From positions 102,114,001-102,178,000 of the forward strand of contig NC_043005.1 of the NCBI RefSeq assembly GCF_006345805.1: a stretch of DNA of 64,000 nucleotides, in the 5' to 3' direction. The notes under the pieces are model-generated. The model saw nothing but the letters and a program-made list of their open reading frames with translations. It made no database searches and had not been told where the DNA came from. Position 1 is the first letter of the stretch, and every line of letters begins with the position of its first letter. A program made the position numbers and the translations under genes. The DNA is from Octopus sinensis (lineage: Eukaryota). Of this stretch, positions 11,741-22,373 are shown in pieces.

Positions 11741-11965
11741 GTTAATCCAAACATGAAAACACAAAGAGAAAACATAACAACGCGAGGACGTGGAACAAAT
11801 GTAGTGTTATTGGATGCTCAGGAAGGAAGGGAAGAAGGAGGGTTTAACGTTTCGAGCAGAGTTCTTCGTCAGAAACATAGGAAAAGGAAAGATCCAGAGA
11901 AGGGAAGACGGAGGAAAAATAATCGCCAACGGTACACACGTGGTCACATTTTGAATCTATATATA
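11741..11965 (-). mobile_element. Solo non-coding PLE-pLTR/retrozyme-like element with a minimal hammerhead
   Basis: ~225-bp non-microsatellite block between (AT)n tracts carrying the HHR at 11842-11876; boundaries approximate. Confidence 0.6.
11842..11876 (-). ncRNA. Minimal type I hammerhead ribozyme
   Basis: Minus strand GTTT-CTGACGA-A-GA ACTCTGC TC-GAAAC-GTT-AAAC: 4-bp helix I, canonical core, palindromic AACGTT helix III. Confidence 0.75.
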
Positions 11966-11972
11966 AAAGTGA

Positions 11973-12149
11973 GATGACCACTAAGTGGACATCCATTAAG
12001 CTAGAAGTAGCCCCCCCTATGGTCTTACTACTAAGAAAGGATTGTTCTCAAGAAAATTTGGTTAAATTTTCTTGAGAGCAATCCTCTCTTAGTGGTACGA
12101 CCATAGTGAGCCTACTTCCAGCATAATGAATGTCCACTTGGTGGTCATC
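11973..12149. mobile_element. Imperfect ~177-bp palindrome (MITE-like foldback)
   Basis: GATGACCACTAAGTGGACAT...TCTCAAGAAAATTT-ggtt-AAATTTTCTTGAGA...ATGTCCACTTGGTGGTCATC. Confidence 0.75.
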
Positions 12150-12770
12150 CCCCTTATATGTATGCAATATAATATTTTCTGAATCTTCAGATATTTCAGA
12201 ATTTTCAGATTTTTCAATATGTTAGACGACTGTTTTTAAATTGATATTAATGGAATAAATATTCGATTTTTCACCCTTATTATTTTAAATTTAAATGTAT
12301 ATATTTATCTATCTATCAATATATATATATGTATGTAATTCGGCAGGTGGACTTAAACGACATGCAAAGGTACATGAAGCCCAGTTACAACTACAGCTGG
12401 CTATAAATTGGCAACTAAAACCAGTAAAGATTTTAGTTGCCAATTTTGTACAAGACATTGTAGATCTTTAGCTGGGCTAAAAAGTCACGTTCGATCACAG
12501 CACCAGCAACAGTTAAGCTTCGTGCAATGGCCATACTCGATAACGAGGGGGCAGCCATAATGATATATATATATATATATATTATATAAAAGGGCTTAGT
12601 AAAATAAATTACTTTGCCGCATACTGAACTCATTAGAAATAGCAGCCAAAAAAACTTTTTTAAAACTATTTCTAATACTTAAAGAAAACCTCTCTCATAT
12701 AGTGTTTGCTCAATTCAACTCACGAAAGTATGGGGGTAGAGACATTAAAAAATCAAATGCAAAGGTTATT

Positions 12771-12823
12771 TGAGAACGTACGTTTCAAGATTAGTCAAAC
12801 TCGACATTTCTATCATCAGCTCA
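12771..12823 (-). ncRNA. Type I hammerhead ribozyme (inverted copy of the 559-bp family)
   Basis: Reverse complement of 13216-13268. Confidence 0.75.
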
Positions 12824-13215
12824 GAACTCCCTGGTTTGGATTTGAAAACACTGAAAGTGGGAGCATAATAAATTATTTTACTAAGCCCTTTTATATAACG
12901 TAATAATTTGAATTCGCCTTAAATGGTCCCTTTGCATACTGAATACTTGGTGAAATTGATTAATTAATTAATTTTACCCTCAATTGTTGAAATTATAATT
13001 CATCTCTCTCTATTTAAATGCCTCGGATTTTACCGAAAAAAGCATAGTGTTTGCTGATTTTAACCCACGCTGGTGGAAAGGGGAGAGCAGAAATTCTTCG
13101 CTTGCATATTTGAGCTTGCTGGCACTGTTAGTTTCGAGCAGATCTTCAGAAGCGATAAGAAGCCGAAAGGGTATGCTCCCACTTTCAGTGTTTTCAAATC
13201 CAAACCAGGGAGTTC

Positions 13216-13268
13216 TGAGCTGATGATAGAAATGTCGAGTTTGACTAATCTTGAAACGTACGTTCTCA
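13216..13268 (+). ncRNA. Type I hammerhead ribozyme (559-bp family)
   Basis: TGAG-CTGATGA-T AGA aat GTC gagttt GAC taa TCT T-GAAAC-GTAC-GTT-CTCA; helix I TGAG/CTCA; palindromic AACGTACGTT; cut after 13264. Confidence 0.8.
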
Positions 13269-13774
13269 AATAACCTTTGCATTTGATTTTTTAATGTCTC
13301 TACCCCCATACTTTCGTGAGTTGAATTGAGCAAACACTATATGAGAGAGGTTTTCTTTAAGTATTAGAAATAGTTTTAAAAAAGTTTTTTTGGCTGCTAT
13401 TTCTAATGAGTTCAGTATGCGGCAAAGTAATTTATTTTACTAAGCCCTTTTATATAATGTAATAATTTGAATTCGCCTTAAATGGTCCCTTTGCATACTG
13501 AATACTTGGTGAAATTGATTAATTAATTAATTTTACCCTCAATTGTTGAAATTATAATTCATCTCTCTCTATTCAAATGCCTCGGATTTTACCGAAAAAA
13601 GCATAGTGTTTGCTGATTTTAACCCACGCTGGTGGAAAGGGGAGAGCAGAAATTCTTCGCTTGCATATTTGAGTTTGCTGGCACTGTTAGTTTCGAGCAG
13701 ATCTTCAGAAGCGATAAGAAGCCGAAAGGGTATGCTCCCACTTTCAGTGTTTTCAAATCCAAACCAGGGAGTTC

Positions 13775-13827
13775 TGAGCTGATGATAGAAATGTCGAGTT
13801 TGACTAATCTTGAAACGTACGTTCTCA
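13775..13827 (+). ncRNA. Type I hammerhead ribozyme (559-bp family, second unit)
   Basis: Same sequence as 13216-13268. Confidence 0.8.
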
Positions 13828-14134
13828 AATAACCTTTGCATTTGATTTTTTAATGTCTCTACCCCCATACTTTCGTGAGTTGAATTGAGCAAACACTATA
13901 TGAGAGAGGTTTTCTTTAAGTATTACAAATAGTTTAAAAAATTTTTTTTGGCTGCTATTTCTAATGAGTTCAGTATGCGGCAAAGTAATTTATTTTACTA
14001 AGCCCTTTTATATAATGTAATAATTTGAATTCGCCTTAAATGGTCCCTTTGCATACTGAATACTTGGTGAAATTGATTAATTAATTAATTTTACCCTCAA
14101 TTGTTGAAATATATATATATATATAATATATATA

Positions 14135-14188
<54 letters not shown>

Positions 14189-15059
14189 TTCCTTATCAGA
14201 CAACGTTAGGGAAACAACGTCAAGTTAATTTTTATGGAAAGCACCACACATGTTATATATTTCCGTGTACCCCGCCCACACACACACAAACACGCACCTA
14301 CAGAGATATAATAGGCATTCCGTGACTAAGTTAAGACACATGTCTATTGTCTTTGGTTATGATCTGAAGCTTAAAATCGCTCGGATTGGTAGTGAATTTC
14401 TTTAATCATTCAATCACGAACGGAACACGTAAGCTTTATAAGTAAATGTGATATTACGATCGGCGTCCTTATCGTTATATTACTTTCTCGCCAGTAGAAT
14501 TACCAGCTTCTGTGGCGGCAACATACGATTCTTTCTTTTCATTCTACAATCTTTGAGAACTGGCAATCAGGTTAATGTATGGATATATTCTGGATAGAAT
14601 GATTAACAAGCTTCTCCTTGTATGTCATCTCCATAGGTACATGAATGTATTAGAGTTGTGAATTACAGGCCATGAAATATAAGCAATATATTGCTGTTAT
14701 AGATGGCCTTCTACCCACTGTACTTGAAATTGATGTATTACTGTTATTATATTTTAACACCTAGGAGATGTGAATGATAAAAATTAACTCCAGCGGGACG
14801 TCAGTTATGCCAGAGAAAATCGAAGCTAAACGCAATGAGATTAATCTATCAATACATACCGCCAAAGTTATCAGCGACTAAGGTGTGTCTATCGCTGCTG
14901 GAAATAGCAGTCAAATGTTCCACGAATCACTCGTTACTGTCTCATGAAAGAGAGACAAACGTTAAATAATACTGTTCTAAGTCTGAAAGAAGTAAAAAGA
15001 GTGATCTTGGAGAGCGTGGGCTGAACTGGTATAAAGCAAACATGTATTACTGTATTCAA

Positions 15060-15650
15060 ATGTTGGCACACGGCCAGCAAGTCCAGGGCCGGGAGTTTGT
15101 CGCTTATATCGTTTCCAGTATTCAGCTAGTATTTAAAGGATGAAAGTCAATGTCAACCTCGGTGGTTTTTGAACGTAAAGACGGGCGAAATGTCGCTAAG
15201 TATTTTTCCGGCATGCTAACAATTCTTATTTTTTATTGCCCACAAGGGGCTAAACATAGAGGAGACAAACAAGGACAGACAAAAGGATTAAGTCGATTAC
15301 ATCGACCCCAGTGCGTAACTGCTACTTAATTTATCGACCCCGATAGGATGAAAGGCAAAGTCGACCTCGGCGGAATTCGAACTCAGAATGTAAAGACTGA
15401 CGAAAATACCGCTAAGCATTTCGCCCAGTGTGCTAAAAATATATTCTTTTCTACTCTAGGCACAAGGTCCGAAGTTTTTGGGGAGGGGTCCAGTCGATTA
15501 GATCGACCCCAGTACGCAACTGGTACTTAATTTATTGACCCCGAAAGGATGAAAGGCAAAGTCGACCTCCGCGGAATTTGAACTCAAAACGTATAGAAAG
15601 ACGAAATACCGTTAATCACTTCGCCCGGCATGCTAACGATTCTGACATCC
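15060..15650 (-). mobile_element. Head-to-tail trimer of OR-like SINE copies (tail types 2, 1, 2)
   Basis: Three GTCGACCTC/GTCAACCTC-containing cores at about 15152, 15360 and 15561; junctions near 15227 and 15436. Confidence 0.8.
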
Positions 15651-16399
15651 CGACACCTTAGTTAGGCAACATCATATTTATATCAAGATTCATATTTTTC
15701 AAAGAATGTTTGTGTAAATCGAAGCTGATGACTGGTTCGTATTTTAAAGATAATCCATAGACTATCTCAACTAAAACATCACCAATGTTGGTGATGGATT
15801 CGATTAAAACGTGAAAATCATTGAAATGTCAACCCTACGGCCTTCTGGTTAAAAAGAAGTCCAAAGCTGGGTACGTTTTACTAGGCAAGGTAGGCATAGA
15901 AATAAAACCAGACCAGAGTTGTACATCTTAAACATAGCTCAACTCATGTTCTATTTCGTATAAATATGATGTTATGTACTAAGTTGCTTCAGAATGGCAA
16001 TTTGCTGCCAAACTCTTCTGCGTGTTCACTAATCCTAACGCCAGCTTAGAACTAGAGAAAGCTGAATGAATAAAGATTTATGAAAACAGCAGTAAGGGGG
16101 TGGGGAGTAGTGAAATAAATGTGTAACAGGTGAAAAAGTGGAAGATGCCAAGAATAAACACCAAATTCTTATATGATTTTAAAATTTAATTCATGGTTAT
16201 CCTTTGTATTTCAAAGAAAAAGAGTTTATATGCCCTTAAGAATAATTGAAAGTACTAAATTGAACTTGCAAGATACTAACATGTCTCATAAACATTCAGC
16301 TGCACGCAGGAACATATACGCGTCCTTCCACATGGCCTTCTTTTCCTCCCTTTCCCTTTCTTTCTCTCCCTCTGAATGCTTTTATGCATACATACATAT

Positions 16400-16460
<61 letters not shown>

Positions 16461-16467
16461 CATGCAT

Positions 16468-16527
<60 letters not shown>

Positions 16528-16563
16528 CATGCATATATATATATAAATATATATATATATATT

Positions 16564-16594
<31 letters not shown>

Positions 16595-16862
16595 GTGAAC
16601 TTAGTTTTGGTCTGGTTCGCATATGAACTACACTACCTCATGTTCCTGAGATTCATATCTACATCTTTATCTGTATATTTACCTTCCCTAAGATGTTACT
16701 AATTGATCTGAGAACTTTATATTATTGGAAAACCTATATAAATTAGCTGAAGAGAACTCGACATATTAAATCTGCTGTAATATTTACAGCTTTTAATAAA
16801 ATGTTGTAGTATGAAACAATTGTACTAAATTACCGGATTCATTCTTGTTGCTTATTTTTGAT

Positions 16863-16899
<37 letters not shown>

Positions 16900-17421
16900 A
16901 TGTATATGTATGTATGTGTGTGTCTGTGTGCATGTTTGCGTGTGGGTCTGTGGGTCTGTGGATCTCTGGGGGCGTATGTTTTTTCGTGTGTGTGCGTGTA
17001 GTGAGAAGATTGTTTCCCGGCAATATGGTCACATTCGGCAAGTGTTAACCAATATAGCTCCGGCCCAAACAAAAGCTTGTGAGAGGATTTAGTAGACGGA
17101 ACCTGAATGACGTTCCTCGTATACACACACATACACACAATATATAATATATATATATACATATGTCTGTCTGTATGTATATATATATATATATTATATA
17201 TATATAATATATATATATGTATATATATGTATATATATATATGTATATACATATATATTATATATATATGTATATATATATATAAATATATATAGCAGCA
17301 AAATTAAGGAACGGCCATAATAGGCCGTTCAACCCACTAGAAATAACAGCCAAGGCCTCAACCGCAAAATAGTAGTAATTCCGTAAATCAGGAGAAAATT
17401 AAAAAAACATTTACCCTGTTT

Positions 17422-17525
17422 CACTTTATACAATGCATTGTTTCATCGTTTTTTAATGGTAAATCAGCCTGATTAAATTAAATCAAGCTAATCTTCCATA
17501 GGCCAACAGATTCATCAGTAAAGTA
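17422..17525 (-). ncRNA. Type I hammerhead ribozyme with expanded helix II (inverted copy)
   Basis: Reverse complement of 18011-18114. Confidence 0.72.
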
Positions 17526-18010
17526 AGCCAGGAGGGAGAGATATTTACACGAGGCAGCACCACTACCGCTTCGGCAATATCTAACCTAAAATTTTCAAAA
17601 TCATCGTACTCGCGCCAATTTTTAAAGTGAAACAGGGTAAATGTCTTTTTAATTTTCTCCTTATTTACGGAATTACTACTATTTTGCGGTTGAAGCTTTG
17701 GCTGTTATTTCTAGTGGGTTGAACGGCCTATTATGGCCGTTCCTTAATTTTGCTGTTGAATTTATAAATAATCTCTGACTATTTCCTTTTTTCTCAATAG
17801 ACCGCTGGTAGCAAAATAATTTCTGCTGAATTTTTTTGCTACCCTATATTGATTAATTATGAATTTTCTGTTTAATTCCGAAATGAAATCGGCAGCTTAT
17901 ATTTGCTGCCGATAATATTGGCGCGAGTACGATGATTTTGAAAATTTTAGGTTAGATATTGCCGAAGCGGTAGTGGTGCTGCCTCGTGTAAATATCTCTC
18001 CCTCCTGGCT

Positions 18011-18114
18011 TACTTTACTGATGAATCTGTTGGCCTATGGAAGATTAGCTTGATTTAATTTAATCAGGCTGATTTACCATTAAAAAACGATGAAACAATG
18101 CATTGTATAAAGTG
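18011..18114 (+). ncRNA. Type I hammerhead ribozyme with expanded helix II
   Basis: Helix I ACTTTA/TAAAGT (6 pairs); CTGATGA 18018-18024; ATC...GAT closing a ~60-nt insert; GAAAC 18092-18096; palindrome ACAATGCATTGT; GUA cut after 18107. Confidence 0.78.
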
Positions 18115-18923
18115 AAACAGGGTAAATGTTTTTTTAATTTTCTACTGATTCACGGAATTACTACTATTTTGCGGTTGAGGCCTTGGCTGTTATTTCTAGT
18201 GGGTTGAACGGCCTATTATGGCCGTTCCTTAATTTTGCTGTTGAATTTATAAATAGTCTCTGACTATTTCCTTTTTTCTCACTAGACCGCTGGTAGCAAA
18301 ATAATTTCTGCTGAATTTTTTTGCTACCCTATATTGATTAATTATAAATATATATATATATATATATTATATATATGTATGTATATATGTATATACATAT
18401 ACATATATACAAGCCTCACCTTCCTTTCTTGGTTCGACTACCATCCGTGCAACATCTATATTCCCCCCTGTGCCTGTCAAATCTCATGTCCCTGCCGTTA
18501 GGCTTTACTTCCACACACGCCAGCTTAATTTAATTCATCCTTAGTCGAAAGACTCAGGACGAATTTGTGTACCATTTCTCCGTCGTTTTTCCGTCCTTGT
18601 TTTCATATACATTCGCTGCTTTCTTCCAAGGAATCTAGTGCTCTTACCATAGTTTTTCTTTGGAGCTGGTCAGACTGGAGCAATCTCGAGTATAAGAAGC
18701 CGAAATTGCAAAGATTATCTGGAACACGACTGAGGAAAGAAAAATCTCAAATACCCGTCTTTATTTTCTTTGTATCGTCTGTCTGGATGTTTTGTTGTCC
18801 CTTTCTTGATTCACTGAACTATCTGGATGTTTTGCGTTCTTGTCTTATTTTTGTATTATTTATATATAAAAATATAGCGGCGTACGTACACTTTGGTCTC
18901 TCTTATATATATATATATATATA

Positions 18924-19060
18924 TAAGGTTGTCCCAAAAGTTCGTAGAAAGTCTTGGAAAACAATGGTCTTTATTTTGAGGATTGATTTTTGTGGTTATT
19001 GTTAGTACTTGGCGAGTAAAAATTCAATTTTCGCAAGTGTTTACGAACTTTTGAGGCAAC

Positions 19061-19064
<4 letters not shown>
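18924..19064. mobile_element. Mariner-derived MITE (~141 bp)
   Basis: TIRs TAAGGTTGTCCCAAAAGTTCGTA / TACGAACTTTTGAGGCAACCTAA, embedded in TA repeats. Confidence 0.8.
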
Positions 19065-19113
<49 letters not shown>

Positions 19114-19129
19114 AAGAGTCAGTCTGACG

Positions 19130-19520
19130 CGAAATATCTATTACCGATAGGGATCGCATGCTCAAAAGAATTGGAGCACCATGATGGGAGTACCATGATA
19201 TCCAGTGCAAGCAAAATATCCCCAAAGGCCCAAAGTTATTACCTGCGTACCTGGTTTTATATCAGTGACCTTCTACAAGAAAAATGCTTTAACAAAAGCT
19301 GAAATGCACCTCACTCTGAACGGTCTTCTAGCATTCCAGATACCAACCCGGAATTTTTGACTGGGCATACTGATACTAGACCGACGCTGAAACTACACCA
19401 TTTTCATCCTTCATTTTGACAAGTCTCGTTTCCAGTCCTGCTGGGTTTAGTCGCCGACGACCCGACCACGCAGCAGATTGTTTCGGATTCCAGGATACGA
19501 TCAGCGTTCATGACAAATCT
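19130..19520 (-). pseudogene. Possible 5' relic of an RTE-type LINE
   Basis: Minus strand GCGACTAAACC motif followed by KFRVGIWNAR, resembling the start of an APE endonuclease; heavily decayed. Confidence 0.35.
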
Positions 19521-19540
19521 CACAAAAGTTCTACAGAGGT

Positions 19541-20015
19541 ATAGGAGTGGCTGTGTGGTAAGTAGCTTGCTTGCGAACCACATGGTTCCGGGTTAAGTCC
19601 CACTGCGTGCCACCTTGGGCAAGTGTCTTCTGCTATAGCCTCGGGCCGATCAAAGCATTGTGAGTGGATTTGGTAGACGGAAACTGAAAGAAGTCCGACG
19701 TATATATGTATGTATATGTATATATGTATGTGTATGTGTGTATATATATATATAAATATATTTATGTATGTATGTATATATATATATGTATATGTATGTG
19801 TGTGTATATGTTTGTGTGTCTGTGCTAGTCCACGCCACATCGCTTGACAACCGATGCTGGTGTGTTTATGTCCCGTAACTTACCGGTTCGGCAAAAGAGA
19901 ACGATAGAATAAGTACTGGGCTTACAAAGAATAAGTCCTGGGATCGATTTGCTCGACTAAAGGCGGTGCTCCAGTATGGCCACAAATAACTGAAGCAAGT
20001 AAAAGAATAAAAGAG
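19541..20015 (+). mobile_element. tRNA-derived SINE with internal microsatellite (head/core, (TATG)n, tail)
   Basis: A-box-like TGGCTGTGTGG, B-box-like region, CCTTGGGCAAGTGTCTT core; homologues at 53401-53784, 47745-47910 (head) and 46993-47167 (tail). Confidence 0.85.
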
Positions 20016-21077
20016 AATGAGATATACTTACACTTACAAACAAAACACATGCATTGGCTATGATTAGCTTCAGTTAAAGGAGAATTCCCGCAAGCAATGC
20101 ACAGATCTCCATTATAACTTTCGAGGTTTAGCTACAATTAAAGGAGAATCTGACTGAGTAAAAGTTCAACGGTTTTATGCGAACTGTGATACTTTGCAAT
20201 CCGAAGTCGTAGCATAATATCAATCAAATTCATTGAAACACGAACGAATGCTTATATACGTACACATATGCTCTCCTCTCCCTCTATATACGTTCAAGCA
20301 TACATATATACGGATACACACAAATACTCACATATTTGCATTTCTATACGGAAAGGCCGTTAACTATGCGAGTAAATTTATGTATATGTGTGCGCGTGCG
20401 TGTGTTTACGTGTGTGGATGTATATACAAGTTGATGATCGTAAGATTTGTGAATTAATTTAAATTAGTGAAATAATTAATTAATCCTGCCTTCTATTTCC
20501 GTAATAAGAAAGGTTTGCATATATCTGGAATCTTTGAATAATTCCTGTTCATTATAGATCATTGGCATTCGACTGAAATAGCAATGATTTAATGAATTAT
20601 TCGAAATATTGTATATGATTTATTGGACAATTAGTCTGTACCAGAGATATTGTGTAGCTGTGGTGGCTTACGTAAAAAGCAGAGTATTAAACTACCGGGA
20701 TGGAGAGAATGAAAGAACAGATAGATAAACAGATAGTTAGATTCAGAGATAGATGCAGAGATATAGAAAGAAACATTGATAGATAGACAGATAGATAGAT
20801 AGATATTTATAGAAAGAGATTGATCAAGAGTATTGGAATAAATGTGTATTTATGAAATGAAGAAGATTAAGATGGAGAGGGATTCAGTAGAACTGAGCAA
20901 AATAAAGCTCTACTTCATACGTAGATATAAATACACACACAAGCACGAAGATTTATATATGTATATTTACACATACATGCATGCATTCATATGTACGTGT
21001 GCGCATATGTACACATGAACCTAACACATACACACCTACTTGTATCTCTTTCTTTCTCTTTGTATATACACACACAC

Positions 21078-21112
<35 letters not shown>

Positions 21113-21115
21113 GAC

Positions 21116-21167
<52 letters not shown>

Positions 21168-21957
21168 ACACAAACACACACACACACACATATATATATG
21201 TATAACGACAACAGATAGATAAAATGCGTGAGTTGATTATGAAATGGTAAATAGGAATGAGGGAAAGAGACGGAAATACATATAGAAGATACTTGTACAT
21301 GTACAGATGAGGTAACTGGACACAGCATGTGCATAAATGTGTGAATTATCGGGAGATTATACCTATTGGTTGGATGCGTGTTAATTCGGGAAAATATCGG
21401 AGGGAGAGGGAGATTAAATATATTCCATATAACAATACGTTACATCTAACTCATCTCTGTTACTGATATTTGGGAATTTACAATAAATTGCTAATAATAT
21501 AATATATTGACAGTGTATATTATGCATTTGTTATATAAATAGTGATGGAAGATGAGATTTCCAGGCAATGAAGTTTGGGAATTGTGGCGTCCAAATATTT
21601 TCTAATTTAGTGCCGTTAGTGAAGGAATAATTTCTAAGGAATTGTATCTGAGTGGATGACTGTACACATTGGCAATTTATCACTTAGAATGTAAAATATA
21701 TTCAAATGATCGCTGGAAGATTAGGCAATACACCGTAGAACATATGGATTAGTTATCTCTGAATCAGCATATATTCCTACACCGATTTAAATACGTAATA
21801 GTGTTGTAAACTCTGCAGAGAATATACGATTCTCTCGACTGATGGATCGGGATTTCTAAGCGCGCCGAAGCTTAATGTGAAACATTTTCGGTCGAAAAGG
21901 TAATTCTTTTCAATGAAATCTTTGTCTTAATTAATACAATAAATTAGTGCTTATATG

Positions 21958-22373
21958 TTTCTTTATCACCCACAAGGGGTTAAACATAGAGGGGACAAAC
22001 GAGGACAGACAAAGGGATTAAGTCGATTACATGGACCCCAGTGCGAAACTGGTACTTTATTTATCGACCTCGAAAGGATGAAAGGCAAAGTCGTCCTCGG
22101 CGGAATTTGAACTCAGAACGTAACGACAGACGAAATACCTATTTCTTTACTACCCACAAGGGGCTAAACACAGAGAGGACAAACAAGGACAAACAAACGG
22201 ATTAAGTCGATTATATCGACCCCAGTGCGCAACTGGTACTTAATTTATCGACCCCGAAAGGATGAACAGCCAAGTCGACCTCGGCGTAATTTGAACTCAG
22301 AAGGTAGCGACAGACGAAATACCGCTAAGCATTTCGCCCGGCGCGCTAATGTGTCTGCCAGCTCGCCGCCTTA
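21958..22373 (-). mobile_element. Tandem dimer of the OR-like SINE (full copy 22140-22373 plus 5'-truncated copy)
   Basis: Duplicate GATTAAGTCGATTA...GAAAGGATGAA blocks; junction GAAATACCTATTTC at about 22133-22146. Confidence 0.85.

Larger units (their letters stand above)
12582..14110 (+). mobile_element. 559-bp hammerhead-bearing tandem array (~2.2 units, 12868-14110) preceded by an inverted partial unit (12582-12867)
   Basis: Units offset by 559 (CTGATGA at 13220 and 13779); the inverted copy matches about 13181-13458. Confidence 0.9.
17296..18345 (+). mobile_element. 485-bp hammerhead-bearing tandem unit (~1.5 units, 17623-18345) preceded by an inverted partial unit (17296-17619)
   Basis: TAAAGTGAAACAGGG at 17623 and 18108; the inverted copy matches about 17917-18240; several near-perfect hairpins in the unit. 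Confidence 0.9.

Noticed and set aside
13010-13892. Repeated 107-aa ORF as a protein-coding tandem gene
   Set aside because: TTG start, no recognisable domain, antisense to the HHR; identity between copies reflects recent duplication.
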